A stretch of 64,000 nucleotides of DNA from Candidatus Oscillibacter excrementigallinarum (GTDB lineage Bacteria; Bacillota; Clostridia; Oscillospirales; Oscillospiraceae): positions 2,822 through 66,821 of the forward strand of contig DWZJ01000085.1 of assembly GCA_019118245.1 (NCBI GenBank). The letters are read 5' to 3'. Positions 37,022 to 45,823 of this stretch are shown here, in pieces. The notes under the pieces are model-generated. The model was not told the DNA's origin. It did not search any database and saw nothing but the letters and a program-made list of their open reading frames with translations. The translations under genes and the position numbers were made by a program. How positions within the stretch are numbered: the stretch's first letter is position 1; every line of letters starts with the position of its first letter.

Positions 37022-37446
37022 GGCATCGTCTCCCCCTGCTTCCCATGGATATTCTGGTACGCCCGGACCAGATAGTCCGCAAAGCGCTCCCGCTCCTCCG
37101 GTGTGAAGCCCTGGAGCAGGACCGCCTCCATCTGGCGGCAGCGGGCCTGCCAGACAGCGCTGGCATCACGGCCCCGGGCGGTGACCTCCACCAGGTCCCG
37201 GCGGCCGTCCGTCCGCCGGGCCACGAAGCCGCCCCGCTCCAGACTGTCCACCATGCGGGAGATGTTGGCGGGGTCCACGTCAAAGTAGTCCGCCAGCTGC
37301 TTCTGGTGGCAGGGACCTCTGGCGGACAAATAGGCCAGGAGCTTGGGCTGTCCCGTGCCCAGCCCCAACTCCTGCAGGCTGGGACGCAGATAGTTGCGCT
37401 GGGCGTGGAATGTGCGGTAAAGCAGGATGTGCAGGGAGCGTTCCAT
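37018..37446 (-). CDS. MarR-family regulator
   Basis: GQPKLLAYL, CHQKQLADYFDVDPANISRMVDSLERGGFV, DGRR; ATG 37446. Confidence 0.9.
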   Translation of the reverse strand: MERSLHILLYRTFHAQRNYLRPSLQELGLGTGQPKLLAYLSARGPCHQKQLADYFDVDPANISRMVDSLERGGFVARRTDGRRDLVEVTARGRDASAVWQARCRQMEAVLLQGFTPEERERFADYLVRAYQNIHGKQGETMP

Positions 37447-37463
37447 CCCCACATCCCCCTTTC

Positions 37464-37475
37464 TTGATATATCAA
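37464..37475. promoter_or_regulatory. candidate MarR operator
   Basis: Perfect palindrome TTGATATATCAA between the promoter region and marR start. Confidence 0.45.
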
Positions 37476-37603
37476 TAAACTGTAGCAATCTTATAATGCG
37501 CGGCTCTGTTTGTCAAGGAAGTTTCTCCATAAAATGAGCCGCCATGCAGGCGACCGAAAACGAAAAAGAGAGAGATGGTCAAAGCTGGCGCCCCAGTCCC
37601 ACC

Positions 37604-37896
37604 GGCCAAAGGCCGCCGGAACCCAAAAAAGAAGCACCTGCAAAGCAGGTGCTTCTTTTTTGGGAAGGGACGGTTAAAATCGATATTTTAGATTGACAGG
37701 ACCGTTGCAGGAGAACTACCCCACCGGCCTTCTGGCCGGCGGCGCCAATGCGCCGTACGAGCGTTTTGCCGCAAGCAAAACCTCGGCGCAGGCGGAATTC
37801 ACTTCCGCCGGGCATTTGGATCACCGGAGGGGGGAGCGGGCCAACGGCCTGCGGAACCCAAAAAGAAAGACACGACATTTGTCGTGTCTTTCTTTT
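37604..37896. repeat. highly structured tRNA-adjacent element with ~30-bp direct repeats and two terminator-like hairpins
   Basis: GGCCAAAGGCCGCCGGAACCCAAAAAAGAA (37604-37633) vs GGCCAACGGCCTGCGGAACCCAAAAAGAA (37839-37867), each leading into a hairpin; several internal hairpins. Confidence 0.6.
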
Positions 37897-37984
37897 TGGT
37901 GCGCGAGGCGGGACTTGAACCCGCACGTCCGTAATGGACACTAGAACCTGAATCTAGCGAGTCTGCCAATTCCACCACTCGCGC
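37897..37984 (-). tRNA. tRNA-Leu(CAG)
   Basis: 88 nt cloverleaf, anticodon arm CTAGA-TTCAGGT-TCTAG, long variable arm, GGTTCAAGTCC T-loop, encoded CCA. Confidence 0.97.
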
Positions 37985-38054
37985 ATATATGAACTTCTGC
38001 TCCCGTTCGATCCCCGAGGGGCGTTCCACCGGAAGGGAGCCCTCCGGTGGAACA

Positions 38055-38142
38055 TGGTGCGCGAGGCGGGACTTGAACCCGCACGTCCGTAATGGACACT
38101 AGAACCTGAATCTAGCGAGTCTGCCAATTCCACCACTCGCGC
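38055..38142 (-). tRNA. tRNA-Leu(CAG), identical copy
   Basis: Sequence identical to 37897-37984. Confidence 0.97.
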
Positions 38143-38172
38143 ATAGAGCGGCATCTTTTCCAGGATGTCAAA

Positions 38173-38259
38173 TGGTGCGGCTGACGGGATTTGAACCCAC
38201 ACGTCGATTCGGACACCAGCACCTCAAGCTGGCCTGTCTACCAGTTCCAGCACAGCCGC
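38173..38259 (-). tRNA. tRNA-Leu(GAG)
   Basis: 87 nt, anticodon arm CCAGC-TTGAGGT-GCTGG, GGTTCAAATCC, encoded CCA. Confidence 0.97.
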
Positions 38260-38292
38260 AAATGTCTGTCCCCTAAAAAAGACTGCTCGATT

Positions 38293-38321
38293 ATTATAGC
38301 GGGAAGAAATCGAAATGTCAA
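38293..38321 (-). promoter_or_regulatory. consensus sigma-A promoter for the tRNA-Leu cluster
   Basis: TTGACA (38316-38321), 17 bp, TATAAT (38293-38298). Confidence 0.92.
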
Positions 38322-38329
38322 CCATTTTT

Positions 38330-38554
38330 CTCAGCTTGTGTGAAAAAATTTCCACAGAGGCCGAAAGGTCGGGGCGTAAACGCGGCCCCGGCCAGACTGC
38401 AGAGAAGACCGGCTATTTCGGATGACGAGAAGGTAGGGGGGCGCAGGAAACCCAGGAAGGGTGTCCTGCGCCTGTCAAATCGAAAGTTTTCAGAACGTTT
38501 CGAAAGTTCTGAAATTTACTCAGCTTGTCGAAAAGGATTTTTCGACAAGCTGAG
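38330..38554. mobile_element. MITE-like non-autonomous element with CTCAGCTTGT(C/GT)GAAAAA ends
   Basis: Left end CTCAGCTTGTGTGAAAAA (38330); right end TTTTCGACAAGCTGAG (38539-38554), also paired with CTCAGCTTGTCGAAAA (38519-38534); internal hairpins; no transposase or clear TSD. Confidence 0.5.
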
Positions 38555-38578
38555 CCGGGGCCGCAGATGCGGCCCCGG
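38555..38578 (-). terminator. hairpin downstream of citrate synthase
   Basis: CCGGGGCCGC-AGAT-GCGGCCCCGG. Confidence 0.55.
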
Positions 38579-38592
38579 CAGAGGGTATCTCA

Positions 38593-39966
38593 TTACCGCT
38601 GGTCCATGGGGGTGTATGCGCGGTGCTCCTCCACGCACTCGTACCGGGGGCGGATCAGCTTGCCGCCCACGGAGAGCTCCTCCATCCGGTGGGCGCTCCA
38701 GCCGGCGATCCGGGCCACGGCGAACAGGGGCGTGTACAGCTCCATGGGCAGGCCCAGCATCTCATAGACAAAGCCGCTGTAGAAGTCAATGTTGGTGGAG
38801 AGCACGGACTTGTGCTGCCGCTCCATCAGCAGCTGTTTGCCGATCTTCTCCACATTGGCGTACAGAGCCAGCTCATTCTCCAGACCCTTTTCCTTTGCCA
38901 GGTGGTTCACATAGGCCCGGAAGACCTCGCACCGGGGATCGCTCTTGGTATACACCGCGTGGCCCAGGCCATAAATCAGGCCGCTGCGGTCAAAAGCCTC
39001 CTTGTTCAGCAGCTTGGTGAGGTAGTCGGCCACGCAGCCCTCGTCGTTCCAGTCCTGCACATGCTCCTTGATGTCGTCCATCATGGCCATGACCTTGTTG
39101 TTGGCGCCGCCGTGGCGGGGCCCCTTCAGGGAGGCCATGGAGGCCGCGATGGCGGAGTAGGTGTCCGTGCCGGAGGAGGTGACCACGTGGTTGGTGAAGG
39201 TGGAGTTGTTGCCGCCGCCGTTGTCCGCGTGGAGGATCAAGGCCACGTCCAGGGTCCGGGCCTCCAACTCCGTGTAGCTGCAGTCCTCCCGCAGCATCCG
39301 CAGGAAGTTCTCCGCCGTGGACAGATCCGGCTGGGGCACATGGATGAAGAGACTCTCCCCCTGGCTGAATCGCCAGGCCTGATAGGCGTAAATGGCCAGC
39401 ACGGGCATATTGCTCATCAGCTGCAGGCACTGGCGCAGCACATTCTCCAGCCCGATGTCGTTGGGCTTGTCGTCATAGCAGAACAGCGTCAGAATGCCCC
39501 GCTGCATGGTGTTCATCAGGTCCCGGGGCGGCGCCTTCATGATGACGTCCCGGAAGAAATTGGTGGGCAGCGTCCGGTAGGAGGCCAGCTGTTCGCAGAA
39601 ATCTTTCAGCTGGGCGGCGGTGGGCAGCTCGCCGAAGAGCAGGAGGTAGGCCGTCTCCTCGAAGGCAAAACGACGCCCCACAGAGCCCTTCACCAGTTCC
39701 CGGCAGTCGATGCCCCGGTAGTAGAGCATACCGTCCTCGGGGTGGATATGCTCTCCTTGTTCCACACTGTAGGACTGGATCTCGCCCACCCGGGTCAGGC
39801 CGGTGAGCACACCGCGGCCGTCTTCGTCCCGGAGACCGCGCTTCACGTTGTATTCCTTGTAGAGCTTGGGATCGATATAATTCTTTTTCTCCCACTGCTC
39901 CTTCAGTGCCAGAATGGCAGGGGTGATCTCACAGTAGGCGTTCTCGCGGTTCTCTTTCCAGACCAT
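38593..39966 (-). CDS. gltA: citrate synthase
   Basis: KRGLRDEDGRGVLTGLT, LYYRG, HADNGGGNNSTF, GPRHGGAN, GLGHAVY, DPR, NIDFYSG, ARIAGWSAH. Confidence 0.93.
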   Translation of the reverse strand: MVWKENRENAYCEITPAILALKEQWEKKNYIDPKLYKEYNVKRGLRDEDGRGVLTGLTRVGEIQSYSVEQGEHIHPEDGMLYYRGIDCRELVKGSVGRRFAFEETAYLLLFGELPTAAQLKDFCEQLASYRTLPTNFFRDVIMKAPPRDLMNTMQRGILTLFCYDDKPNDIGLENVLRQCLQLMSNMPVLAIYAYQAWRFSQGESLFIHVPQPDLSTAENFLRMLREDCSYTELEARTLDVALILHADNGGGNNSTFTNHVVTSSGTDTYSAIAASMASLKGPRHGGANNKVMAMMDDIKEHVQDWNDEGCVADYLTKLLNKEAFDRSGLIYGLGHAVYTKSDPRCEVFRAYVNHLAKEKGLENELALYANVEKIGKQLLMERQHKSVLSTNIDFYSGFVYEMLGLPMELYTPLFAVARIAGWSAHRMEELSVGGKLIRPRYECVEEHRAYTPMDQR

Positions 39967-40183
39967 AGGGGGCGCGCTCCTTTCAGCGGCGGATCATCCG
40001 CTTTTATTTTCCTGCAATTTTAGCACGGATAACTTTCATTTTCAATAGGAATTTTCAGAAAAATTAAAAATACAGAAAAAGTTTTTGAATTTTTCGAAAT
40101 TCAAACTTGCATTTTAGGGAAAATCACAGGCAGCTCTCCCGACGGGAGGGAGCTGCCTGTGCAGATTTGCCCGGCAAACCCGG

Positions 40184-40900
40184 TCATACCTGTGACAACG
40201 TTTGGCCGATGGGATCAGTGATGACCAGGTCCGCCGCCAGGTCCTGGGCCACCGGAGACTTGTTGATCAGCACCAGGTGGCGGCCGCCAAAATAGCGGAT
40301 CAGTCCCGCAGCTGGGTAGACGTTCAGGGAGGTGCCGCCGATGATCAGCAGGTCCGCCGCCGCGAGGCAGCGGACGGATTCCTCCAAAGTCCTCTGGTCC
40401 AGGCCCTCCTCGTAGAGCACCACGTCCGGCTTGATGATACCGCCGCAGCTGCACCGGGGCACCCCCTCTGTATGGAGGATATGGTCCGGACCGTAAAATT
40501 TGCCGCATTTTTCACAGTGATTCCGATGGACGCTGCCATGGAGCTCCAGCACCCTCCGGCTGCCGGCGGCCTGGTGGAGCCCGTCGATGTTCTGAGTGAT
40601 GACGGCCTTCAGCTTGCCCGTCGCCTCCCACTCCGCAAGCTTTTTGTGGGCATCGTTGGGCTTGGCGTCCGGCGCCAGCATTTTGGTCCGGTAGAATCGG
40701 AAAAATTCTTCGGGGTTGCTTTCGTAAAACGTATGGCTTAAAATCACTTCAGGCGGATATTTCCATTCCTGGTGGTACAGGCCGCCGGTGCTGCGGAAGT
40801 CCGGGATGCCGGATTCCGTGGAAACGCCGGCGCCCCCGAAAAACACGATGTTGTCAGAGCCTTCCACCAGCTCCTTCAGATGTTTGACCTTGTCCGTCAT
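40184..40900 (-). CDS. cobB: NAD-dependent protein deacylase (sirtuin)
   Basis: GAGVSTESGIPDFRS, TQNIDGLH, ELHG, CxxC..CxC, KPDVVLY, GTSL. Confidence 0.94.
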   Translation of the reverse strand: MTDKVKHLKELVEGSDNIVFFGGAGVSTESGIPDFRSTGGLYHQEWKYPPEVILSHTFYESNPEEFFRFYRTKMLAPDAKPNDAHKKLAEWEATGKLKAVITQNIDGLHQAAGSRRVLELHGSVHRNHCEKCGKFYGPDHILHTEGVPRCSCGGIIKPDVVLYEEGLDQRTLEESVRCLAAADLLIIGGTSLNVYPAAGLIRYFGGRHLVLINKSPVAQDLAADLVITDPIGQTLSQV

Positions 40901-40954
40901 ACGGGACCCTCCATTCCATATCAGATATTGATTTTTTGAGACAGGAGCGCAGCA

Positions 40955-41290
40955 ATGAATATTCAGATCTTTGGTTCCTCCAAGTCCTTCGACTCCAAGA
41001 AGGCGGAGCGGTGGTTCAAGGAGCGCCGCATCAAGTATCAGTATATCGACCTGCCCTCAAAGGGATTATCCCCCCGGGAGTACCAGTCCGTCAAGCAGAA
41101 AGTGGGCTTTGACGCCCTGGTGAACACGAAATGCCGGGCCTATGAGGACCTGTACATGGCCTACATCACTCCGGAGGCCCGGGAGGAGAAATTGCTGGAG
41201 CATCCGGAGCTGTTCGTGAGCCCCATCGTCCGCAACGGGAAGGAGGCCACGGTGGGCTACTGCCCGGAGGTGTGGCAGACCTGGGAATAG
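40955..41290 (+). CDS. ArsC/Spx-family thioredoxin-fold protein
   Basis: KKAERWFKER, IDL, LLEHPELFVSPIV, VGY; lacks the CxxC. Confidence 0.8.
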   Translation: MNIQIFGSSKSFDSKKAERWFKERRIKYQYIDLPSKGLSPREYQSVKQKVGFDALVNTKCRAYEDLYMAYITPEAREEKLLEHPELFVSPIVRNGKEATVGYCPEVWQTWE

Positions 41291-41380
41291 TGCTCCGACA
41301 GGATTTTGCACTGCCAGCGCACGAAGCAGTGGTAAACTGTGCATACTAAGAGACGCCGCGCCCGGAGGGGAGGGGACTGC

Positions 41381-42244
41381 ATGAGGAGACGCGACTGGAT
41401 GGAGCTGCCGAAAAACCGCTTTCTGCGGGGGATCTATCTGCTGGTGCAGCGGTATCTGCGGCACAACGTGGGGATGCAGGGAGCGGCCCTGGCCTTCTAT
41501 CTGCTGTTCATGATCTTCCCTCTGCTGATCTTCATCAGCTCACTGCTTGGCCTGCTGCAGCTGAACGTGGACGCGATCCTGGAGGCGCTGGAAAATTTCC
41601 TGCCCCGGGAGGTGGTGTCCTTCATCGGGGTCTACCTCACCTATGTGGGAAGGAACCCCAGCGTGAAGCTACTGCTGTTCGGACTGTTTTTCTCTCTGTA
41701 TTTTCCCATGCGGGCCACCAACACACTGATGCGCTCCGTACGCATCGCCTATCATCTGGGCCCGCCCCGGGGAGCCCTGTCCCAGCTGGTGAAAACGCTG
41801 CTGTACACCGCGGTGCTGATCGCCACCATCGCCCTGACCCTGACGCTGATGAGCGTGGGGGACCGGCTGCTGCTCTATGCAGTGGATCACTTTGGACTGC
41901 CCCGGTTTTGGGCGGCGCTGTGGGCGAACCTCCGATTCCCGGTGGCGGCGGTGGCGGGCTACTTTGCACTGTTTTTCCTGTACGCCCTGTCTCAGGACGG
42001 CCGTCAGCCCTGGCGGAACATCTGGCCAGGCACCATCACGGCCCTGGCGGCCTGGCTGGCACTGAACTGGCTGTACGCCTCCTATGTGCAGAACTTCGCA
42101 GACTACTCCCTGCTGTACGGCTCCATCGGCACGGCCATCGCCCTGCTGATCTGGCTGTATATGACCGCTGTCACCCTCATCATGGGGGCGGAGTTCAACG
42201 CCACGCTGATCTCCCTGCGGAAGGACCGGGCGGGGGAATCGTAA
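41381..42244 (+). CDS. YihY/BrkB family membrane protein
   Basis: GAALAFYLLFMIFP, IWPG, YSLLYGSIG..IALLIWLY, GAEFNA. Confidence 0.9.
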   Translation: MRRRDWMELPKNRFLRGIYLLVQRYLRHNVGMQGAALAFYLLFMIFPLLIFISSLLGLLQLNVDAILEALENFLPREVVSFIGVYLTYVGRNPSVKLLLFGLFFSLYFPMRATNTLMRSVRIAYHLGPPRGALSQLVKTLLYTAVLIATIALTLTLMSVGDRLLLYAVDHFGLPRFWAALWANLRFPVAAVAGYFALFFLYALSQDGRQPWRNIWPGTITALAAWLALNWLYASYVQNFADYSLLYGSIGTAIALLIWLYMTAVTLIMGAEFNATLISLRKDRAGES

Positions 42245-42341
42245 ACGATTTTTGAATCCCGGCGGCCGCCGCTTTACTTTGAGCCGCAGATGCTCTACAA
42301 TGAATCCCAGGTGAGAAAAAAGTTGGAAAGGACGGGATCGA

Positions 42342-43583
42342 ATGGGATCCATGGAAGAAAAGCTGAAAGAATACGCCCAGCTGCTGGTGCGGGTGGGCCT
42401 GAACGTCCAGAGGGGACAGACGCTGGTGATCTCCTCTCCGGTGGAGTGCGCCTTCTTCGCCCGGCTCTGCGCGGCGGAGGCCTACGAGGCCGGCTGCCGG
42501 GAAGTGGTGATGAACTGGAGCGACGACGAGCTGGGCCGCATGAAGTACCTCCACGCCGCGGACGACGTGTTCGACACCGTGCCGTTGTGGCGGCGGCACT
42601 TCTACAACGACTATGCCCTGGAGGGGGCGGCGTATCTGGCCATCTCCGCCAGTGACCCGGAGAATCTCAAGGGCGTGGATCACAGCCGCATCGTCCGGGC
42701 CCAGCAGGCCAGCGGACGGGCGCTGAAGGACTTTGACCGCCTCCAGATGTGCGGCGGGTTCCCTTGGTGCATCGCCTCCATCCCCATCCCCAGCTGGGCC
42801 AGGAAGGTGTTCCCGGACCTGCCGGAGGATGAGGCGATGGAAAAGCTGTGGGAGGCCATCTTCCGGGCGGTCCGCATCTCCGGCGACGGCAGGTGCGTGG
42901 ACCAGTGGCACCAGCACATCGAGACCCTGGCCCACCGGGTGGAGAAGCTGAACCAGCTGAACTTCAAGTCCCTCCGCTACACCAACTCCCTGGGCACGGA
43001 CCTGACGGTGGAGCTGCCGGAGGGCCACATCTGGGAGGCGGGCAACGACGTGACCCTCGCCGGTCAGACGTATATCGCCAACATCCCCACGGAGGAGGTG
43101 TTTACCTCCCCCCTGAAGACCGGCGTCAACGGCGTGGTGTACTCCGCCCTGCCCCTGTCCCACAACGGCACCATCATCGACAGGTTCCACTTCGTGGTGA
43201 AGGAGGGGAAGATCGTGGAGGTCCACGCGGAGCAGGGGGAGGAGGCCCTCAAGGCCGCCGTCACCGTGGACGAGGGAGCCAGCTACTTCGGCGAGGTGGC
43301 CCTGGTGCCCTACGACAGCCCCATCTCCAACCAGAAGATCCTGTTCTACAACACGCTGTTCGACGAGAACGCCGCCTGCCACATCGCCTTCGGCGAGGCG
43401 TATCCCTGCCTGAAAGGCGGCCAGGAGATGAGCAAGGACGAACTGAAAGCCCGGGGGCTCAACGACTCCATCACCCATGTGGACTTCATGGTGGGCACAG
43501 CGGACCTGAACATCGTGGGCACCACCCACGACGGGCGGGAGATCCCGGTGTTCGTGAACGGCAATTTCGCGGAAGGGATCTGA
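42342..43583 (+). CDS. M29 aminopeptidase (AmpS/PepS-like)
   Basis: YAQLLVRVGLNVQ, ANIPTEEVFTSP, GEVALV, LFDENAACHIAFG, NDSITHVDFM. Confidence 0.94.
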   Translation: MGSMEEKLKEYAQLLVRVGLNVQRGQTLVISSPVECAFFARLCAAEAYEAGCREVVMNWSDDELGRMKYLHAADDVFDTVPLWRRHFYNDYALEGAAYLAISASDPENLKGVDHSRIVRAQQASGRALKDFDRLQMCGGFPWCIASIPIPSWARKVFPDLPEDEAMEKLWEAIFRAVRISGDGRCVDQWHQHIETLAHRVEKLNQLNFKSLRYTNSLGTDLTVELPEGHIWEAGNDVTLAGQTYIANIPTEEVFTSPLKTGVNGVVYSALPLSHNGTIIDRFHFVVKEGKIVEVHAEQGEEALKAAVTVDEGASYFGEVALVPYDSPISNQKILFYNTLFDENAACHIAFGEAYPCLKGGQEMSKDELKARGLNDSITHVDFMVGTADLNIVGTTHDGREIPVFVNGNFAEGI

Positions 43584-43585
43584 GC

Positions 43586-43682
43586 AGATAAAAGTGAAGA
43601 GATAAAAGATAGAAGATGATCTGATCCGTCCGGCGGAGCCGGACACCATAGTTTTTACCTTTTCCCTTTTATCTCTTATCTC
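43586..43682. repeat. heptamer-arm element variant, copy C (AGATAAA-type arms)
   Basis: Left AGATAAA-AGTGAAG-AGATAAA-AGATAGA, core GTCCGGC-GGA-GCCGGAC (43628-43644) identical to copy A, right TTTATCT-CTTATCT. Confidence 0.7.
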
Positions 43683-43707
43683 AAGCGGCACATAGGAGGA
43701 AATGACC

Positions 43708-44202
43708 ATGATCTATGAACTGAGAAAGACCGACAAGAACGCGCTTATCACCGAGGGCGCCTTTGTCACCGGCGATGTGCGGCTGGCCAAGGGCGTCAGC
43801 ATCTGGTACGGCGCTGTCCTCCGGGGCGACATGGGCCCCATCACCATCGGCGAGGACACCAACATCCAGGACGGGGCCATCCTCCATGAGGAGACGGTGG
43901 TGGGCAAGGGCTGCACCATCGGCCACGGGGCCATCGTCCACGGCTGCACGGTGGGGGACAACACCCTCATCGGCATGGGGGCCACCGTCCTCAACGGGGC
44001 GAAGATCGGCAGCGACTGCATCGTGGGCGCCGGGGCCCTGGTCACCGGCAAGATGGATGCGCCGGACGGATCCATGATCCTGGGCAGCCCCGCTAAGGTG
44101 GTCCGCCCCCTGACACCGGAGGAAATCGCAGGCAACCGGGAGGCTATGGAGGAGTATCTGGAGGCCGCAGCCCACTATCGGAACGAGCGGGAGACCCGCT
44201 GA
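43708..44202 (+). CDS. gamma-carbonic anhydrase family (left-handed beta-helix) protein
   Basis: IWYGAVLRGD, TNIQDGAILH, IGHGAIVHGC, IGMGA hexapeptide repeats; ATG 43708 behind GGAGG. Confidence 0.92.
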   Translation: MIYELRKTDKNALITEGAFVTGDVRLAKGVSIWYGAVLRGDMGPITIGEDTNIQDGAILHEETVVGKGCTIGHGAIVHGCTVGDNTLIGMGATVLNGAKIGSDCIVGAGALVTGKMDAPDGSMILGSPAKVVRPLTPEEIAGNREAMEEYLEAAAHYRNERETR

Positions 44203-44238
44203 GACAGGCCCACGGGCCGGAAAGAGAGTTTGCCATTC

Positions 44239-45426
44239 ATGGAATGGAACAAGCAAAATATCAAGGGCCTGCTGCTGGTGGTGTGCGGCGGTGTGGCGTT
44301 TTACTGCGCCCTGCAGAACCTGGACGTGGTCTGGGGCGCGGTGCGGGCGCTGCTGGGGATCCTGGCTCCCTTCCTGCTGGGCGGGGCGCTGGCGTTCATC
44401 CTGAACGTGCCCATGCGTGCCATTGAACGGCATCTGTTGAAAAACAGCCGCAGGGGCGCGAGGCTCCGCCGCCCCCTGGCCCTGGTGCTGACACTGCTGG
44501 CAGTGCTGGGGGTGCTGGCTCTGGCCTCCCTGGTCATCGGGCCCGGCATCGCGGACGCGGTGATGTCCATCATCCGGGAGATCCCCGCCGCCTTCGATCG
44601 GCTGCAGAAGCAGCTGAACGGCCTTTCGGAATCCCTTGCGGAATACCTGCCCATTATCCAGGAGTGGCTGGCGGGTGTGAACATCAACTGGGAGAGTCTC
44701 TCCCGCAAGGTCCTGGAGTACGCCCAGGCCCTGGGCACCGGCCTCGTCTCCTCCGGGAGCGGATTCATCGGCGGGGTGGTCAGCGGCGTCAGCACCTTTG
44801 TCATCGGCCTGATCTTCTCATTTTACATCCTGCTGCAGAAGGAAAAGCTCAGCCGCCAGGGCCGTCAGGTGATCTACGGCCTGCTGCCTCTGGGGCAGGC
44901 GGACCGGACCCTGGATATCCTGCGGCTGGCCAGCCGGACGTTCTCCAGCTTCCTCTCCGGCCAGTGCCTGGAGGCCTGCATCCTGGGGACGCTGTTCGTG
45001 GCGGCCATGACCATCTTCCGGATGCCTTACGCATTGCTGGTGGGCGTCCTCATCGCTCTGACAGCCCTGATCCCCATCGTGGGCGCCTTCATCGGCTGCG
45101 CCGTGGGGGCCCTGCTCATCGCCATCGACGACCCCTGGAAGGCGCTGTGGTTCATCGTGCTGTTCCTGGTGCTGCAGCAGATCGAGGGGAACCTGATCTA
45201 TCCCCATGTGGTGGGCTCCTCCGTGGGCCTTCCCTCCATCTGGGTGCTGGCCGCCGTGACCCTTGGCGGCAGCCTGATGGGTATCACGGGGATGCTGTTC
45301 TTCATTCCCCTGTGCTCAGTGGTTTACGCCCTGTTCCGCAGCTATGTGAAAGGGCGGCTGGAGAAAAAGGCGGTCCCTGTGGAGAAGTGGCGGGACCCGC
45401 CGCCCGCGCCCCCCAGGCGCAGATAG
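44239..45426 (+). CDS. AI-2E family transporter
   Basis: PFLLGGALAFILN, FLSGQCLEACILG, LIPIVGA, QQIEGNLIYP.VVG, GMLFFIP. Confidence 0.92.
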   Translation: MEWNKQNIKGLLLVVCGGVAFYCALQNLDVVWGAVRALLGILAPFLLGGALAFILNVPMRAIERHLLKNSRRGARLRRPLALVLTLLAVLGVLALASLVIGPGIADAVMSIIREIPAAFDRLQKQLNGLSESLAEYLPIIQEWLAGVNINWESLSRKVLEYAQALGTGLVSSGSGFIGGVVSGVSTFVIGLIFSFYILLQKEKLSRQGRQVIYGLLPLGQADRTLDILRLASRTFSSFLSGQCLEACILGTLFVAAMTIFRMPYALLVGVLIALTALIPIVGAFIGCAVGALLIAIDDPWKALWFIVLFLVLQQIEGNLIYPHVVGSSVGLPSIWVLAAVTLGGSLMGITGMLFFIPLCSVVYALFRSYVKGRLEKKAVPVEKWRDPPPAPPRRR

Positions 45427-45506
45427 CGCATCTCACCGGCACATCCCAAGGCCGGCTGCCCGAATCGGGCGGCCGGCTGATTTTTTGCAAAAATCAAAAT
45501 CTCCTA

Positions 45507-45577
45507 TTGACAAGGATCCTTGTCAATGCTATACTATATGACAAAGATAGTTGTCAATTTGACTTGGATCATTGTCA
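45507..45577 (+). promoter_or_regulatory. sigma-A promoter overlapped by three TGACA-N8-TGTCA boxes
   Basis: TTGACA(45507)-17-TATACT(45530); boxes at 45508-45525, 45539-45556, 45560-45577. Confidence 0.8.
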
Positions 45578-45601
45578 AAACCGGGAGAGGAGCTGAGAGG
45601 A

Positions 45602-45823
45602 ATGCCGCTGTACAACCGGCTGAAGGAGCACCGGGCCCGGCTGGGGGTCAACCAGCAGGAGATGGGCGCCCTGGCGGGCGTCTCCCGCCAGACCATCAGC
45701 CAGATCGAGCGGGGGGACTACTCCCCCTCGGTGACGCTGGCGCTGAAGCTGGCCAGGATCTGCGGTGTGACCGTGGAGGACATTTTTACCTATCAGGAGG
45801 AGGAACACCATGAACACAACTAA
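45602..45823 (+). CDS. XRE-family HTH regulator
   Basis: NRLKEHRARLGVNQQEMGALAGVSRQTISQIERGDYSPSV. Confidence 0.93.
   Translation: MPLYNRLKEHRARLGVNQQEMGALAGVSRQTISQIERGDYSPSVTLALKLARICGVTVEDIFTYQEEEHHEHN

Noticed and set aside
37579-37944. Short ORFs in the tRNA-downstream element (37579-37941, 37693-37944) and across the tRNAs
   Set aside because: They overlap tRNAs and hairpin repeats, with no SD or protein motifs.
38055-38142. Duplicated tRNA-Leu as attL/attR of an integrated element
   Set aside because: Both copies are full length and only 70 bp apart, with no cargo or integrase.
40084-40105. TTTGAATTT-TTCG-AAATTCAAA hairpin upstream of citrate synthase
   Set aside because: AT-rich inverted repeat with no second copy or assignable regulator; not enough to call.
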